NCBI GenBank assembly: GCA_964016885.1
Contig: OZ024745.1
Location: 76,632,001 to 76,696,000, forward strand
From: Eledone cirrhosa
Taxonomy: Eukaryota
Reading direction: 5' to 3'
Length of the DNA stretch: 64,000 nucleotides
Shown: in pieces, positions 38,340-52,227 of the stretch
Layout of the letters: each line of letters starts with the position of its first letter
How positions within the stretch are numbered: position 1 is the first letter of the stretch
The notes under the pieces: model-generated
Told to the model about the DNA's origin: nothing
Database searches by the model: none
The model's input: only the letters and a program-made list of their open reading frames with translations
Program-made: the position numbers and the translations under genes

Positions 38340-39240
38340 ATGAATTAGTTTTGCGAGGTTTTTGATATGAAATCGTGTGTCGAAACAAATATTGATACCA
38401 AAGTGTCATGTTTGTGGACGCTACCCTTGGAGGGAAATTAGCTAACCAGTGTAGAAAGGCTCTGAGAAAGACCCACTTAAAAATTAAGGTGGTAGAAAAG
38501 CCAGGAACCACCGTAAAATCCCTGATCAGCAAAACCTACCCTTTTAAGAAAACCCACTGTACTAACAGGAAATGTATTATATGTAAAGTAAACCTCCGGA
38601 TAAACTGTAAAACTAGAAACGTAGTCTGTAGCATAAGATGTACAGAGGGTACTTGCAGAAACATGACAACAACATACATAGGCGAGACAGCTCGTAGCAT
38701 AGGTGAAAGGATAGACCAACACCGGGGGGAACTAAAAGGACGAAAAAACGGTTCAGTACTATACGAACATAACATGCCAGACATCAACACGACGGTAACA
38801 TAGACAACATAGAAATTAGAATAATATCTAAACATAGAAATGACCCAGCTGATAGGCAAATCAGAGAGGCAGCGAAATAGAACTTAGAAGGCCAAGGCTA
38901 AACAGAAAAAATGAATGGAATAACAACAACACCCAAACAAACAACACTGACCTAAGAGAAGTATAAATAAATAAATAAATACATACACAAGCACAATAAC
39001 AACAAACACATATAAACACACTAGTAAACTAAGATAGAATACAATAACCAATACACAGTCACCCAAACACGAACACACATCAAACAAAACACTATACACA
39101 CACGCAAACGCATGCGCAGAGAAGACAAAAAATAAATAAATAAATAAATAAATAAACAGACTAAATAAAGATGGCGGGAGGAAACATAATAGCACCACTG
39201 ACGATGTTGCAGATGTGCAACGAAAGAACTTTGTTAGACT
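38340..39240 (+). mobile_element. Penelope-like 3' fragment (GIY-YIG) with a partial HHR
   Basis: NVVCSIRC..TYIGETARSIGERIDQH (38408-38803); CTGACGA-T-GTTGCA-GATG-TGCAAC-GAAA at 39198-39225. Confidence 0.8.
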
Positions 39241-39542
39241 ATATATATGTGTTTGTGTCTATATTGTATCTGTATTTTTGACCGTTGGTCAGTCAATGCT
39301 AACATTGAGGACCGAATAAATTAAATTAACCAATATAAAAGACACAGAAGCGAAAACCAACCAAACAGTAAGTGTGTTCTGTTATTAATTCTGGCAATAT
39401 TACACAAATATGACCCTCCCCAAGTATAACAATATATATATATATATATATATATGAAAAAGGGAAACAATTTAATTTATATATATATATATATATATTA
39501 TGAAAATAAAACAAAGAAGCCTTCAATACATCAAAAGTCTTT

Positions 39543-39587
39543 ATTAGCCAACAATGTTTCGTCCTATTAAGGACTCATCAGGGCAAT
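39543..39587 (-). ncRNA. Type I hammerhead ribozyme (left arm of IR 39497-39601 / 39707-39811)
   Basis: Exact reverse complement of 39721-39765. Confidence 0.88.
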
Positions 39588-39720
39588 CAAAACCACAAGA
39601 AGTACTATCGGCCAATACAAGCCGAAAACTCCGAAGAATATCGAGTGTACATACACTAAAGTATTGGAAGATTATGGGTAAAAATATATAATAAATAATA
39701 AATAATTTCTTGTGGTTTTG

Positions 39721-39765
39721 ATTGCCCTGATGAGTCCTTAATAGGACGAAACATTGTTGGCTAAT
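39721..39765 (+). ncRNA. Type I hammerhead ribozyme
   Basis: ATTGCC-CTGATGA-GTCC-TTAATA-GGAC-GAAA-CATTG-TT-GGCTAAT: canonical core and helix II. Confidence 0.88.
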
Positions 39766-39918
39766 AAAGACTTTTGATGTATTGAAGGCTTCTTTGTTTT
39801 ATTTTCATAATTCTTCGGCTCTGTTTAATTACATTGAGCTATACCTTTTACTGTCATTTCTATAATATGAAGAGGGTGTTTAACTCCAACACGCTCCAGT
39901 ATTTTAATCCTTATATAT

Positions 39919-39976
<58 letters not shown>

Positions 39977-39988
39977 GTCTGTGTGTGT

Positions 39989-40095
39989 GTTTAATATAGA
40001 AATGGCTTTTACAGGACTAGAACTGTTTCATTCAGAAGATGATTTCTTCTGAATTAAACGGTTCTAGTCCTGTAGATGCAATTTCTATATTAAAC
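39989..40095. repeat. Spacer-less foldback palindrome
   Basis: ..ACAGGACTAGAACTGTTTCATTCAGAAGA / TCTTCTGAATTAAACGGTTCTAGTCCTGT.. Confidence 0.8.
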
Positions 40096-40286
40096 TTTAT
40101 ATTTACACTCTACTAATGTATCGAGTATCTTACTAACTGAGGTTACGAAAGAGCTTCGACAATCAACAGATAAACAACCATCCGGTTATTAAACAAACTC
40201 ACTGTGTTTCTATTGGCAGCATGACCCTCCCAAAATATAACAATATCTGTTTCAACACACATTTTCAGAAATCTTGCAAAACAAAT

Positions 40287-40339
<53 letters not shown>

Positions 40340-40440
40340 TATTGAAGTTTCCGTTGGAATTGAAAAAAGTCATAGGAGTGAAGAGTGCTCTATGTAAGTA
40401 CCAGAGCAAAATTTAATGTATAATAAACAATACAATATAA

Positions 40441-40516
40441 TTACCTCATTACCAGAGGTTTCCCGAATAAGACGAATACGAAAGAAACGTCCTCATTCGT
40501 TCGTCGGACAAGGCAA
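40441..40516 (-). ncRNA. Hammerhead with long helix II, core CCGACGA
   Basis: rc: TTGCCTTGT-CCGACGA-helix II-GAAA-CCTCTGG-TA-ATGAGGTAA. Confidence 0.65.
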
Positions 40517-41011
40517 TATAAAACATAGTGAAATATTTGGAAAGTCTCCTCAAGAAATGCAAAAAAAAAAATATATATATATATATATAAATAAAGGTAA
40601 TGCAATAGACATATAAAATATGAAAAAAAATATAAGGAAATATAGTTAGGTGTGTGTATATGTATGTATATACACTCACAAATGTACATATGTATGTACA
40701 AATGCGTGTGTATGGTGAAAATGTGTGCGTAAGTACGTATATGAGGGCAAGTATATTTGTATATATGTAACCACAAATACGGATATAATCTAGTTGACAC
40801 GAATCCAGAAGCAGGTATTAGATACACATGAGTATGAAAGCACGCGTATAAACACGCACACACGCGCGATCATTTATATGCGGAAGATAAAGGGGGAAGG
40901 GAGTGTAATAGTTAAAAGAAAGTGTCATTCTCGATATATGTATAAAAATTAAACAATATGTGAGAAAGAAAAAATATTTAAATGAAAGAGAAAGTAGTCA
41001 ATTAACACTAG

Positions 41012-41150
41012 AGAAAAGAAAAGAAAAGAAAAGAAAAGAAAAGAAAAGAAAAGAAAAGAAAAGAAAAGAAAAGAAAAGAAAAGAAAAGAAAAGAAAAGAA
41101 AAGAAAAGAAAAGAAAAGAAAAGAAAAGAAAAGAAAAGAAAAGAAAAGAA
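41012..41150 (+). repeat. (GAAAA)n microsatellite
   Basis: Perfect pentamer array. Confidence 0.95.
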
Positions 41151-41606
41151 GATACACGCGTACATACACATATATCTATAAAAAACATATATCTATAAGA
41201 AAATATATATATACACGCAATACGTACAGACAAAAGCGTATGCATGCGTACATACTTACACAGGATGCACGTATACATATACATACATATCGTCCCATGT
41301 ATATCTAATATATCTAATATATATATATTTGTATTTGTTTATATATATACATATATCCATGATCTCCAGCGATAGCTGATGAAGGAAAATTATCCTCCGT
41401 TCGTACTTTCCTCTTATTTATTCACGAACCTAAGTATCGTCTTCCTGTTTTCCTTCGGTTGCAACGTTTTTCGAAATATTTACTTCTGCGTTCACAGATT
41501 GATTTTTTTTAGTTTCATAAGATCCTGTTAAGAGTGAAAGCAGCGATTCTTTGCTTAAACTTTAATCTGTTATTTTAATATATATATATATATATTTTAT
41601 AGTGGA

Positions 41607-41663
<57 letters not shown>

Positions 41664-42463
41664 CGTGGAAGCGAAGAGGCAGTACAAAATGTTATTAGTT
41701 TCATGTGGCAATTTCTGTCTGTTTGTTTTTTTGTGAACCTAAAACTAAAAAACTCATGGCTCATGTCCATTTGCTTTCTTACGTATATTTCATTTTAATC
41801 AAAGGGATCCCCGGGAGCTCAAACCCCCGCTGAAAATTTTTTCCCTTCGATTTATATGAAATTTAATAGCAAATTTCAATAATATTAAGACACCCTAATA
41901 GGAGTTTAACCCCTATAGTGAAAATTTTGGCCAATAAATGGAACAAGATTTCACGAACTTCTCCTATGGTTTTGGAGATAGACCCTCATAACCATATATA
42001 TTCTGAAACTATATTGCCCAGGGAACTTGGATAAGTATATTTCATTTTAATCAAAGGGTTCCCCGGGGGCACAAAACCCCCGCTGAAAACCACCGCTTAA
42101 TTTTTTCCTTTCAATTTATATGAAATTTAAACCATAGGTAAATGACAAGATATGATGCCTATTCACAAAATTTCAGCAAATTTCAATAATATTAAGACAC
42201 GCTAATGGGGGCTCTATTTGTTTTCCTTGCCGCTCTGTTTTTTAAATATGTTAATTATTTTCAACTGAACCAGATCAATTATGATATATAGTCATCTGAT
42301 CCAGAAATATTATATGGAGTAGCGAAACAATTGTAAACGGACATTATTATTATTAATATTATTATTATTATTCTCTACATTCCTTACATCAAACTAAAAT
42401 ATGTTGACAATCTTTTAATAATGCCTTCCTTGTGAAATTTGTGGTCTTGTTTTGCTTAACTAA

Positions 42464-42537
<74 letters not shown>

Positions 42538-42619
42538 CTTACAAATGTATCGTTCTATATATAGTATTGATGGAAGTTTTTGTATCTGCAAATTGAAATT
42601 AGTTCAGATTTGACGTTGA

Positions 42620-43450
42620 ATATATTATGGGCACTAAAGGGGTTTGCTGGCTTTTCTCAAATACAACATGAGCAGAATGTTGACGCTAGGTTGTCCGGCT
42701 TTACCCTATCTAATATGCTCCAGGCGATGAAGTGAGATTTGTAAGAATTCTTGAGGTTCCATATATAGTGACAATGCCGGGTAGTTAAATTTTGCTTGAT
42801 ATTTCTGACGTAACGAATGCTGGGTGTCGAAAATTTAACTTGTTTGAAGTTAAGCCTATATAGTGATTATTTAGTGATTCTATGGTTATTTTTGCCGATT
42901 ATATTCGTCTGCTAGTATCTACTGTTAAGGTGGCAATCGCGTAGGAGTTTCTAGGTGTAAGATATTATATTGAATTTTACATTGTGTGTATAGAGCTTTT
43001 ACGATAAATGTTTGCGATGGTTTAATGGAATTTGCTGATAGTTTTGGTTGAAAGTTCAGGAGATTCCATCAAATGATTTTTTGTTTTCTATTCTTAGTTT
43101 TAAATTCATGGCAATTTGATATGTATTTCATATTTCTTTACAGCCATTGATCTTCAAGGTATTTTTCTTGAAACGTGATTCGTTGTGCAATAGTTAGAAA
43201 GTCTAAGTGATATGATATTTGGGGAGGTTTCGATTACGGAGATTGGTTTGCTGGGTAGAGTATTGTATTATCTCGTTGCATTTTGATAGTGTGTATTTGG
43301 ATTTGTTTAAATCTAGGAAGATTACTGTTTTAAGATTGATGTTCGCTGTAATGATCATGCTTAATATTTGGGTAGGGTGATAAAGTTTATTTTTATTTAT
43401 CAGTGATGGAAATGGATTTTAGAAGATAGGAGTACGCCAAGAACCGTGAA
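42620..43450 (-). pseudogene. Highly degenerate Penelope-like remnant
   Basis: rc reads ..KNRKQKII.. and ..YIGLTSN..WSILDRVKP.. in the same order as 23802-24675. Confidence 0.55.
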
Positions 43451-43780
43451 TCAGATTGGAATTAATTCTATAAAACTAATAAAAATGTTTTAATTTGCAT
43501 TTGTAACTCTTTTTCAGGAACAACAAAACAGGAACCCTCCGGTCAAGGTGTTTTGTGGAAGACCAGCAGTCACCCCTCTCCAGGCTACCGATGTTCTCTA
43601 AGAGCCAATACAGGTTAGCATCAGAGACGTCACAGCTTATTTCCTCAGCTGGGAGAACTGGAGCAACGTGAGACACAAGTTATACAGACACAAGGCATTG
43701 TCCGGTCTTTGAATCGAATACACAACCTCACGATTGTGAATCCAACTATATAACCACTATATACACGTGGACAGTATATA

Positions 43781-43840
<60 letters not shown>

Positions 43841-43865
43841 AATCATCTTTTTAAATCATGGCCTG

Positions 43866-43915
<50 letters not shown>

Positions 43916-43940
43916 TGTAATAAACAACACAAGGCAATTA

Positions 43941-44001
43941 TTTCATTTACCAGTGGTTTCTTAAAAGCAAAAGAATTTAGCTTTCAATCATCAGAATGAA
44001 A
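43941..44001 (-). ncRNA. Type I hammerhead ribozyme (left outer arm ~43910-44160)
   Basis: rc: TTTCATT-CTGATGA-TTGAAAGC..GCTTTTAA-GAAA-CCACTGG-TA-AATGAAA. Confidence 0.85.
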
Positions 44002-44727
44002 AAATCCTGGTGGATTTATTGACGTTGGATTTTAAAAACAAAAATATAATCTATATGAAAGTGAGGCTGGAAAAGGAAGAAGGAAAGGAAAAATAAAATA
44101 AAAACACACATGCAAACACACACACATACACACAATTATATACATACACATATATATATACATACATACATACACACAAACATATACACACACACACACA
44201 TATATATGTGTATATATATACATACACATACATATACACATACATACACACATAAATATCAACATATCCATACATACACATACATATATACAACCACACA
44301 CATATATATATATATATATACACATACACATACATATACATACACATATACATACACATACATACATACACACAATCATACGTATATACACACGTACATA
44401 CATACACATACATACACACATATATACACGCATGCATACGCATGCACAAAAATAGAAATATATACACACACCTCTATATACTCACACACAAATAAATATA
44501 AGAAAAAATATATAATAATAAAAACATAAAAATGAATATAAAGACTATTAAAATGTTGACAGCGATACAGGCAACAAATAATTGAACAAACACACGCATG
44601 TACACATACATACGTAAAAATAAATACATACACACTCTCACACATAAATATACATATACAAATACATAAACACATACATACGCATACACAAATACATACA
44701 CACACACACACACACATATACACATAT

Positions 44728-44777
<50 letters not shown>

Positions 44778-44848
44778 GTATGTGTATGTATATATGTGTG
44801 TGTAGGTATATATGTGTATGTGAGTATGTATGTATGTGTATATATGTG

Positions 44849-44916
<68 letters not shown>

Positions 44917-45264
44917 CATACTTAACCATACAAATATACACATACATATACATACATATCACAAATACGTACATACAAATACAAAGACACATATATATGT
45001 GTGTAAAACTCATTCTTAGATAATTCATATGAACCTTATTTAACTCTAAGATATATATATATATATATTATGGAATACTGTTGGCTTTTGCTACAATGTT
45101 TTCTATACCTTTCATTTATATATATATATATATGCAAAAGTTTTATTTAAAATTGTTGGGTTACAACAAGTAAATATTTTATAACTGATATAAAGCACTC
45201 GACAAGTTTTTGGAGTAGATATACGATATTAAACAAATGGAAACTATATTTATAAAACCATATT

Positions 45265-45330
45265 TATTTCATTATACATATTTCAGGGTTACCATATTAA
45301 AAATATGGCATGCCTTCGTCAGATAAAATA
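45265..45330 (-). ncRNA. Type I hammerhead ribozyme (5602 family)
   Basis: Inverted partner of 45439-45504. Confidence 0.8.
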
Positions 45331-45438
45331 CAATATATAAACAGTTTTATAAATAATTTTGACGTACCATAAATATAAGCGACCATTAAGGTAGGAAGCT
45401 GGTTTGGTAAAATTATTTATAAAACTGTTTATATATTG

Positions 45439-45504
45439 TATTTTATCTGACGAAGGCATGCCAGATTTTTAATATGGTATCCCTGAAATATGTATAATGA
45501 AATA
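45439..45504 (+). ncRNA. Type I hammerhead ribozyme (5602 family)
   Basis: TATTTTAT-CTGACGA-AGGCATGCCA..TGGTATCCCT-GAAA-TATGTA-TA-ATGAAATA; a degenerate copy (CTGATTA) lies at ~46881-46945, minus. Confidence 0.82.
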
Positions 45505-45560
45505 AATATGGTTTTATAAATATAGTTTCCATTTGTTTAATATCGTATATATATATATAC

Positions 45561-45599
<39 letters not shown>

Positions 45600-45609
<10 letters not shown>

Positions 45610-46161
45610 CACATATATACACATACATACATACTCACATACACATATATACCTACACACACATATATACATACACATACGTATGCAAACGTACACACAC
45701 ACACACACACACATATATACATATATAACTCAATATATATATATATATATGAGAAAGAACATAATTATTATATATATATATATAAAAATAAATATTGTAT
45801 ATATAAAAAAAAAATATAGTATATATAAAAAAAAAAATAAAAAAAAAAAATAAATAAAAAAAAAAAAATAAAAAAAAAAATAAAAAAATAAAAAAATGAA
45901 AATAAAAAGTTGGGAATACGACAAATAATGAATAAAAAATATATATTTAGAAAAGGGTATAAATGCTTATAGCAGATTTAGAGCACTCAACAATTTCCTG
46001 GAGCAAAAGATCAATGAAAATAATCATTAAATCACTATATGTAATGATGCATATACATACACCCTTATACATATATACATATACACACACATATACACAT
46101 ATATATACATACACACACACACAAAAACACAACCACAGAAATACACACACATACAATTACG

Positions 46162-46195
<34 letters not shown>

Positions 46196-46651
46196 TAGGA
46201 AAAAGTCTGACCCCACGGCAGGGCTCAACCCTTTTCTGAGGCTATTATATATACACACAAAACCATTATATAAAAAAAATGTATGTATATATATGTGTAT
46301 ATGTGTGTGTATATGTGTATATGTGTGTATATGTATATATGTATATATGTGTGTATATGTGTGTGTATATGTATATATGTATAAGGGTGTATGTATATGC
46401 ATCATTACATATAGTGATTTAATGATTATTTTCATTGATCTTTTGCTCCAGGAAATTGTTGAGTGCTCTAAATCTGCTATAAGCATTTATACCCTTTTCT
46501 AAATATATATTTTTTATTTATTATTTGTCGTATTCCCAACTTTTTATTTTCATTTTTATTTTTATTTTTATTTTTATTTTTATATATACTATATTTTTTT
46601 TTATATATACAATATTTATTTTTTATATATATATATAATAATTATGTTCTT

Positions 46652-46691
<40 letters not shown>

Positions 46692-46802
46692 AGTTATATA
46701 TGTATATGTGTGTGTGTGTGTGTGTATGTACGTTTGCATACGTATGTGTATGTATATATGTGTGTGTAGGTATATATATCTGTATGTGAGTATGTATGTG
46801 TA

Positions 46803-46830
<28 letters not shown>
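45600..46830. repeat. Large inverted repeat (~500-bp arms, ~45600-46112 / ~46340-46830)
   Basis: Unique core 45900-46070 mirrored at 46378-46555. Confidence 0.85.
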
Positions 46831-46841
<11 letters not shown>

Positions 46842-47075
46842 GATATTAACAAATGGAAACTATATTTATAAACCCATATTTATTTTATTATACATATTTC
46901 AAGGACACCACGTTAAATTATGGTGTGCTTTAATCAGACAAAATACAATATAGATCAGTTTTATAAATAAATATTGACATACCCTTAAAAAATGCAACCA
47001 TTTCTGTTCGAAGCTCTCGGATAGTCCGAGAGCTTCCAACAGTAATGGTTGCATTTTGTAAGGGTATGTTATAAA

Positions 47076-47345
47076 AAGAGAGTGGGACTGGCTTTGTGCA
47101 GTGCCTTTGCTCACTATAAAAGCTTCACGGCACAGGCATTGCTTTATATCTGGAGATCTCTCTGCACTTGTCGTCACATGGTACCATGGGCCCAGCACTA
47201 TGTGTCAATAATTGTCACAAGTGTAGTGTTTGTACCAGAGTTTCAAGTCGCTGGCTGGACTAAAAAGCCACTCTCGTTCAGCGCATCGGTAGGGTTTCTC
47301 CTACATAAAGTAGTCGCCGTACTCGAAAACGAGTTGGCAGCCACC
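47076..47345 (+). mobile_element. Truncated copy of the RTE-derived element
   Basis: Matches 16985-17262. Confidence 0.85.
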
Positions 47346-47504
47346 ATATATATGTGTATGTATATAATTGTGTGTGTGTGTGTGTGTGTTTGCATGTGTG
47401 TTTCTATTTTATTTTTCCTTTCCTTCTTCCTTTTCCAGCCTCACTTTCATATAGATTGCATTTTTGTTTTCTAAAATCCAACGTCAATAAATACACCATG
47501 ATTT

Positions 47505-47565
47505 TTTCATTCTGATGATTTAAAGCTAAATTTTTTTGCTTTTAAGAAACCACTGGTAAATGAAA
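47505..47565 (+). ncRNA. Type I hammerhead ribozyme (right outer arm ~47346-47596)
   Basis: TTTCATT-CTGATGA-TTTAAAGC..GCTTTTAA-GAAA-CCACTGG-TA-AATGAAA. Confidence 0.85.
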
Positions 47566-47924
47566 TAATTGCCTTATGTTGTTTATTACATAACTATTAA
47601 GCTCTGTTACCTACATAGAGCACTCTTTTTTCCTGGACTTTTTCGATGGAATTACTTCATTCATTTACACACACATATATATATATAAACAGTGAGTGTG
47701 TGTGTGTGTAGCGAAATTTGTTCACGCACTGGTCCCTGAATGACATCTAGCTGCCATTTCTATTCTATTTAGGTTGACGTAAGTGGTCTGGATTGGCTGC
47801 GCAGCTCGAGGTGCAAGCGAGATAACTTCTTCCTTCCCCCATTCGACTCTGGTTCCTCGAAGGAGAAGCATCACTTCGAGCTGCTCAAGCATATATATAT
47901 ATATATTTATATATATATATATAC

Positions 47925-49473
47925 AAGTATGTACACGTACATACATATACGTATACAGACGTACAGTAGTATGTATATATATATATATATATACATACAT
48001 GCACACATATATATATGACAAAGGAACGCTGTACTAGTTTCAAGCTTATTAGCTATCGTCAGCAACGTATACCCTCCTGCCAGATTGTTGAACGTGTATA
48101 CTTACGCATATTAACGGCTGAGTAGCCCAATTTTCATATCGAGTGGGTTAATCGGCCGGTTGCACCGAAAACGATAAACGGAAAAAATGAAACAAAATTT
48201 CATTTCCCACTCTTAGTATGGCTGTTGCTTAAATATAAGTATGTACACGTACATACATATATGTATACAGACGTACAGTAGTATGTATATATATATATAC
48301 ATACATGCACACATATATATATATATGTACGTATGGATTCACCGAACATTTATTATAATGCTCGGTGTGTCAGTGTTGAACAAACGAGCAACGATGGTTG
48401 CTGGACACTACGGCTTAATACGGGATGTTTGTTTACAAACACACCAAGCATTATAATAAATGTTCGGTGAATCCATACGTACATATATATATATGTGTGC
48501 ATGTATGTATATATATACACATACTACTGTACGTCTGTATACATATATGTATGTACATGTACATACTTGTATTTAAGTAACAGCCGTACTAAGAGTGGCA
48601 AATGAAATTTTGTTTCATTTTTTCCGTTTATCGTTTTCCGTGCACCCGGCCGATTAACCCACACGATATGCAAATTGGGCTACTCAGCCGTCAATATGCG
48701 TAAGGTAAGTATATACGTTCAACAATCTGGCAGTAGGGTATACGTTGCTGACGATAGATAATAAGCTTGAAACTAGAACAGCGTTCCTTTGTCAGTGTTG
48801 AACAAACGAACAACGATGGTCGCTGGACACTACGGCTTAATACGGGATGTTTGTTTACAAACACACCGAGCATTATAATAAATGTTCGGTGAATCCATAC
48901 GTACATATATATATATGTGTGCATGTATGTATATATATATATACATACTACTGTACGTCTGTATACATATATGTATGTACGAGTACATACATGTATTTAA
49001 GCAACAGCCGTACTAAAAGTGGGAAATGAAATTTTGTTTCATCTTTTCCGTTTATCGTTTTCGGTACACCCGGCCGATTAACCCACTCGATATGCAAATT
49101 GGGCTACTCAGCCGTTAATATGCATAAGGTAAGTATATACGTTCAACAATCTGGCAGGAGGGTATACGTTGCTGACGATAGCTAATAAGCTTGAAACTAG
49201 TACAGCGTTCCTTTGTCAGTGTTGAACAAACGAGCAACGATGGTTGCTGGACACTACGGCTTAATACGGGATGTTTGTTTACAAACACACCGAGCATTAT
49301 AATAAATGTTCGGTGAATCCATACGTACATATATATATATGTGTGTGCATGTATGTATATATATACACATACTACTGTACGTCTGTATACATATATGTAT
49401 GTACATGTACATACTTGTATTTAAGTAACAGCCGTACTAAGAGTGGCAAATGAAATTTTGTTTCATTTTTTCC

Positions 49474-49478
<5 letters not shown>
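47925..49478. repeat. Tandem array of ~424-bp HHR units (plus, 48369-49478, ~2.6 units) preceded by an inverted block (47925-48368)
   Basis: Unit starts GTCAGTGTTGAAC at 48369, 48791 and 49215; HHRs at 48026-48068 (-), 48742-48784 (+, site mutated to GAA) and 49166-49208 (+). Confidence 0.92.
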
Positions 49479-49559
<81 letters not shown>

Positions 49560-51899
49560 GGTAAGAGAGAGAGAGAGTGAAAGAGAGAAAGGGGAAGGAG
49601 GAAGAGAGGTAGATAGATAGATATTGTTTTATGAGTTCACTTATTAGTAACTATGAAAAGCAGATATTTCTGAAATGTCACCCGTAATGGACTAAAATGT
49701 ATATTTCTTATCAACTACATGTAACTGGAGTAGTACCAATAGAACGAGCTGTTTGAACTCGAATTTACACATTCCTTCTTTTCAAATATACGGATTTTCC
49801 TTTCCTTCATTTAAAAAAAAATCATTTTAGCTTTCATTGTTTGTATTTCTATTTTACCCCGTTCTCTTTGAAACTTGCCATATTCTAGTTTAGAAGCGTT
49901 CATGAGTTAGTAATATGAATCCATTTCCATATTTGTTTTATTGATATATTATATTTTGTCTATTTCCTTTCTTAAATATTTATGAAATAAAAATGTCCGA
50001 ATATATATATTTCTCAGTTAAAGTCAAGTATATTTCAATATCAATTATGTAATGGAAATTGCGGATATTAAAAGCTAGTTTGATTGAAATTAACTGTTAA
50101 AAGATGGTGGAGATTTTTGGAACGCAATCCATTTCATGATAACCAAATATTTCTTATTTTTATTTTTGCTGTTTCATTGTTGTTGTTGTTGTTCCTTTGG
50201 CAAGGAGAAAGGAAAATACTCTTTACTTTTTGAATGACTTCATTTTATCCCTCTATAGATGCCCAAATATTTATAATAGTTAACAGTGAAGATTATAAGT
50301 GTATTTCGCTGGGTATAGTATATTGTGAAAAACAAAAACGGATATTAAGAACATACGATGTATTTGTTGGTCAGCAGCAATACGAGACGTACCGGAAATT
50401 GGAGTTACTTCATTCAACTGTATATCTATGTTCAATAATCAGTATTTATCACTGCGCCCAACATCTCTACTTAAATAATTTTGTTTTCCTTTTAGGTTCT
50501 TCTTGCTTCCTTTCAATCCAGACAATATTCATTACCTGTATAGAGTATGCGTATGAATGTGTGTAGATATTTATATTGTAAATATGAGGGGATGTAAAGA
50601 TTGTATGAAACGATAGACGGAAGGGTAAAGGTAAAATTGTTGCTGCTTGACTGACCGCCTGCATGCTGGGAGATAGTTGATTGGTGGGTTTGTAGGGTTA
50701 GGTAAAAACAGAATCAATATAACTATATATTCGGTCTACCGGTTTATTCATAATTACGCGCACACACACACACATATATATATATATAATATACAAACAT
50801 ACAAACACGTACATACACATAAATATACATACATAAATACTAACATACTTATAAACAACGAAAACGAAAGTGTGTGTTTAATACATAAATGACTAAGATG
50901 ATGTAATTGGCAGAGACACTAGATCGCTAGACTAAATATCTTACTGTGTTTTATCCATCTAAATTTTGTGTTCAAACCCTACCGGATCTGATTTCGCTTT
51001 TCATTTTTCTGGGTGTCAAAAACATACGTACCACAAATGAATTGAGATCGAAAGTAACCATGAAATGTATTGTATCTAGTTAAATATGAAATACGGCTCC
51101 ATTGGGTGTACACACTTAACATTCTGCCACACAATCGGAGAATATCTCAGATAGGAGAGTTGGCTTCAGTAAGTTACTTAGAAGCTATTTTGTTGTATAA
51201 AATTGTATCAATATGATGTAAAACAAGTATCAATATGATGGCTTTATCTACAGAAGTATATCTTACACATGTATTCTTTTTGCGGTGAAAGGATCGGGGT
51301 ATTCTGTAATGTTTCAAGAACACTTCCACGCCATCAAAAATGATTCCCGGTAGGTAAGAGAATTTGGAAATTGTGTGTTTCAAAAATACATCGTTTGATT
51401 TCCTGTTGCGAAGAGCATTATGCCTGTGTTACAGGGGCGGTGGAAGCATTTCTGAATTGGGCTGGGTGGGGGTTCAAAATTTGGACAATTTAGTTGTAGT
51501 GATTAGTTTAGCTCTCTGCACTTTAAAATGGCCAGAAAACTTCGATATGAGATAAACATAACATGTACATATATTGTAGCGCATATCCAAATAGATGTGT
51601 GTTTTGGTAATTTGGGGAGAAAATATAATTAATGGAGAGAGACATACCCACCCCCGTTCCACCGCCACTGTATATATATATAATTTTAAAAAGATTATGT
51701 GCAGTGACCTTTCCTAAGGGGTTAATATATCGAGCTTCTTCGCATTTGTATATATATATATATATATATATTTACATACATTTATTATTGCTATTGGTGA
51801 GCTTTGTTACTCTAAAGTTTCATCTGCGCACTCACAAATGAATATTTAAACTCTACATCGGTATTGAGTATTCATTCTTATGTCCGTCAGTAATTCACG

Positions 51900-52226
51900 T
51901 ACTCTCAGGTCTTGAATAATCGTCCCCACCCCCGCTTATTAATTTGTCTGATAACCCCCCCCCCCCCTCTCCCGGTTTTTATTCCACCCCACCCGCTTAT
52001 TATATTTTGTTAATCTATCTCCGGCGAAATTTTATTGTAAGTGATTCATATTGATACAGCAGCTGGAGAATTTAATAATAATTTTATTTTACATTAAAAA
52101 AACATTATATACGACAAAGGAAGAACATTACAAGAAATCCAATATCTATGAACGTATCCTATACAATTACTGATTTCCCAATCCCCCATTATTGTCACCC
52201 TTCCTATTATTTGGGACCCGAGAGTG
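51900..52226. mobile_element. Probable MITE
   Basis: Imperfect TIR TACTCTCAGGTCTTGAATAAT / ATTATTTGGGACCCGAGAGTG. Confidence 0.5.
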
Positions 52227-52227
52227 C

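Noticed and set aside
41376-41400. CTGATGAAGGA..TCC core-like word
   Set aside because: No following GAAA or helix III.
48369-49478. CRISPR-like interpretation of the regular repeats
   Set aside because: Whole units repeat with no unique spacers, the context is eukaryotic, and there are no cas genes.
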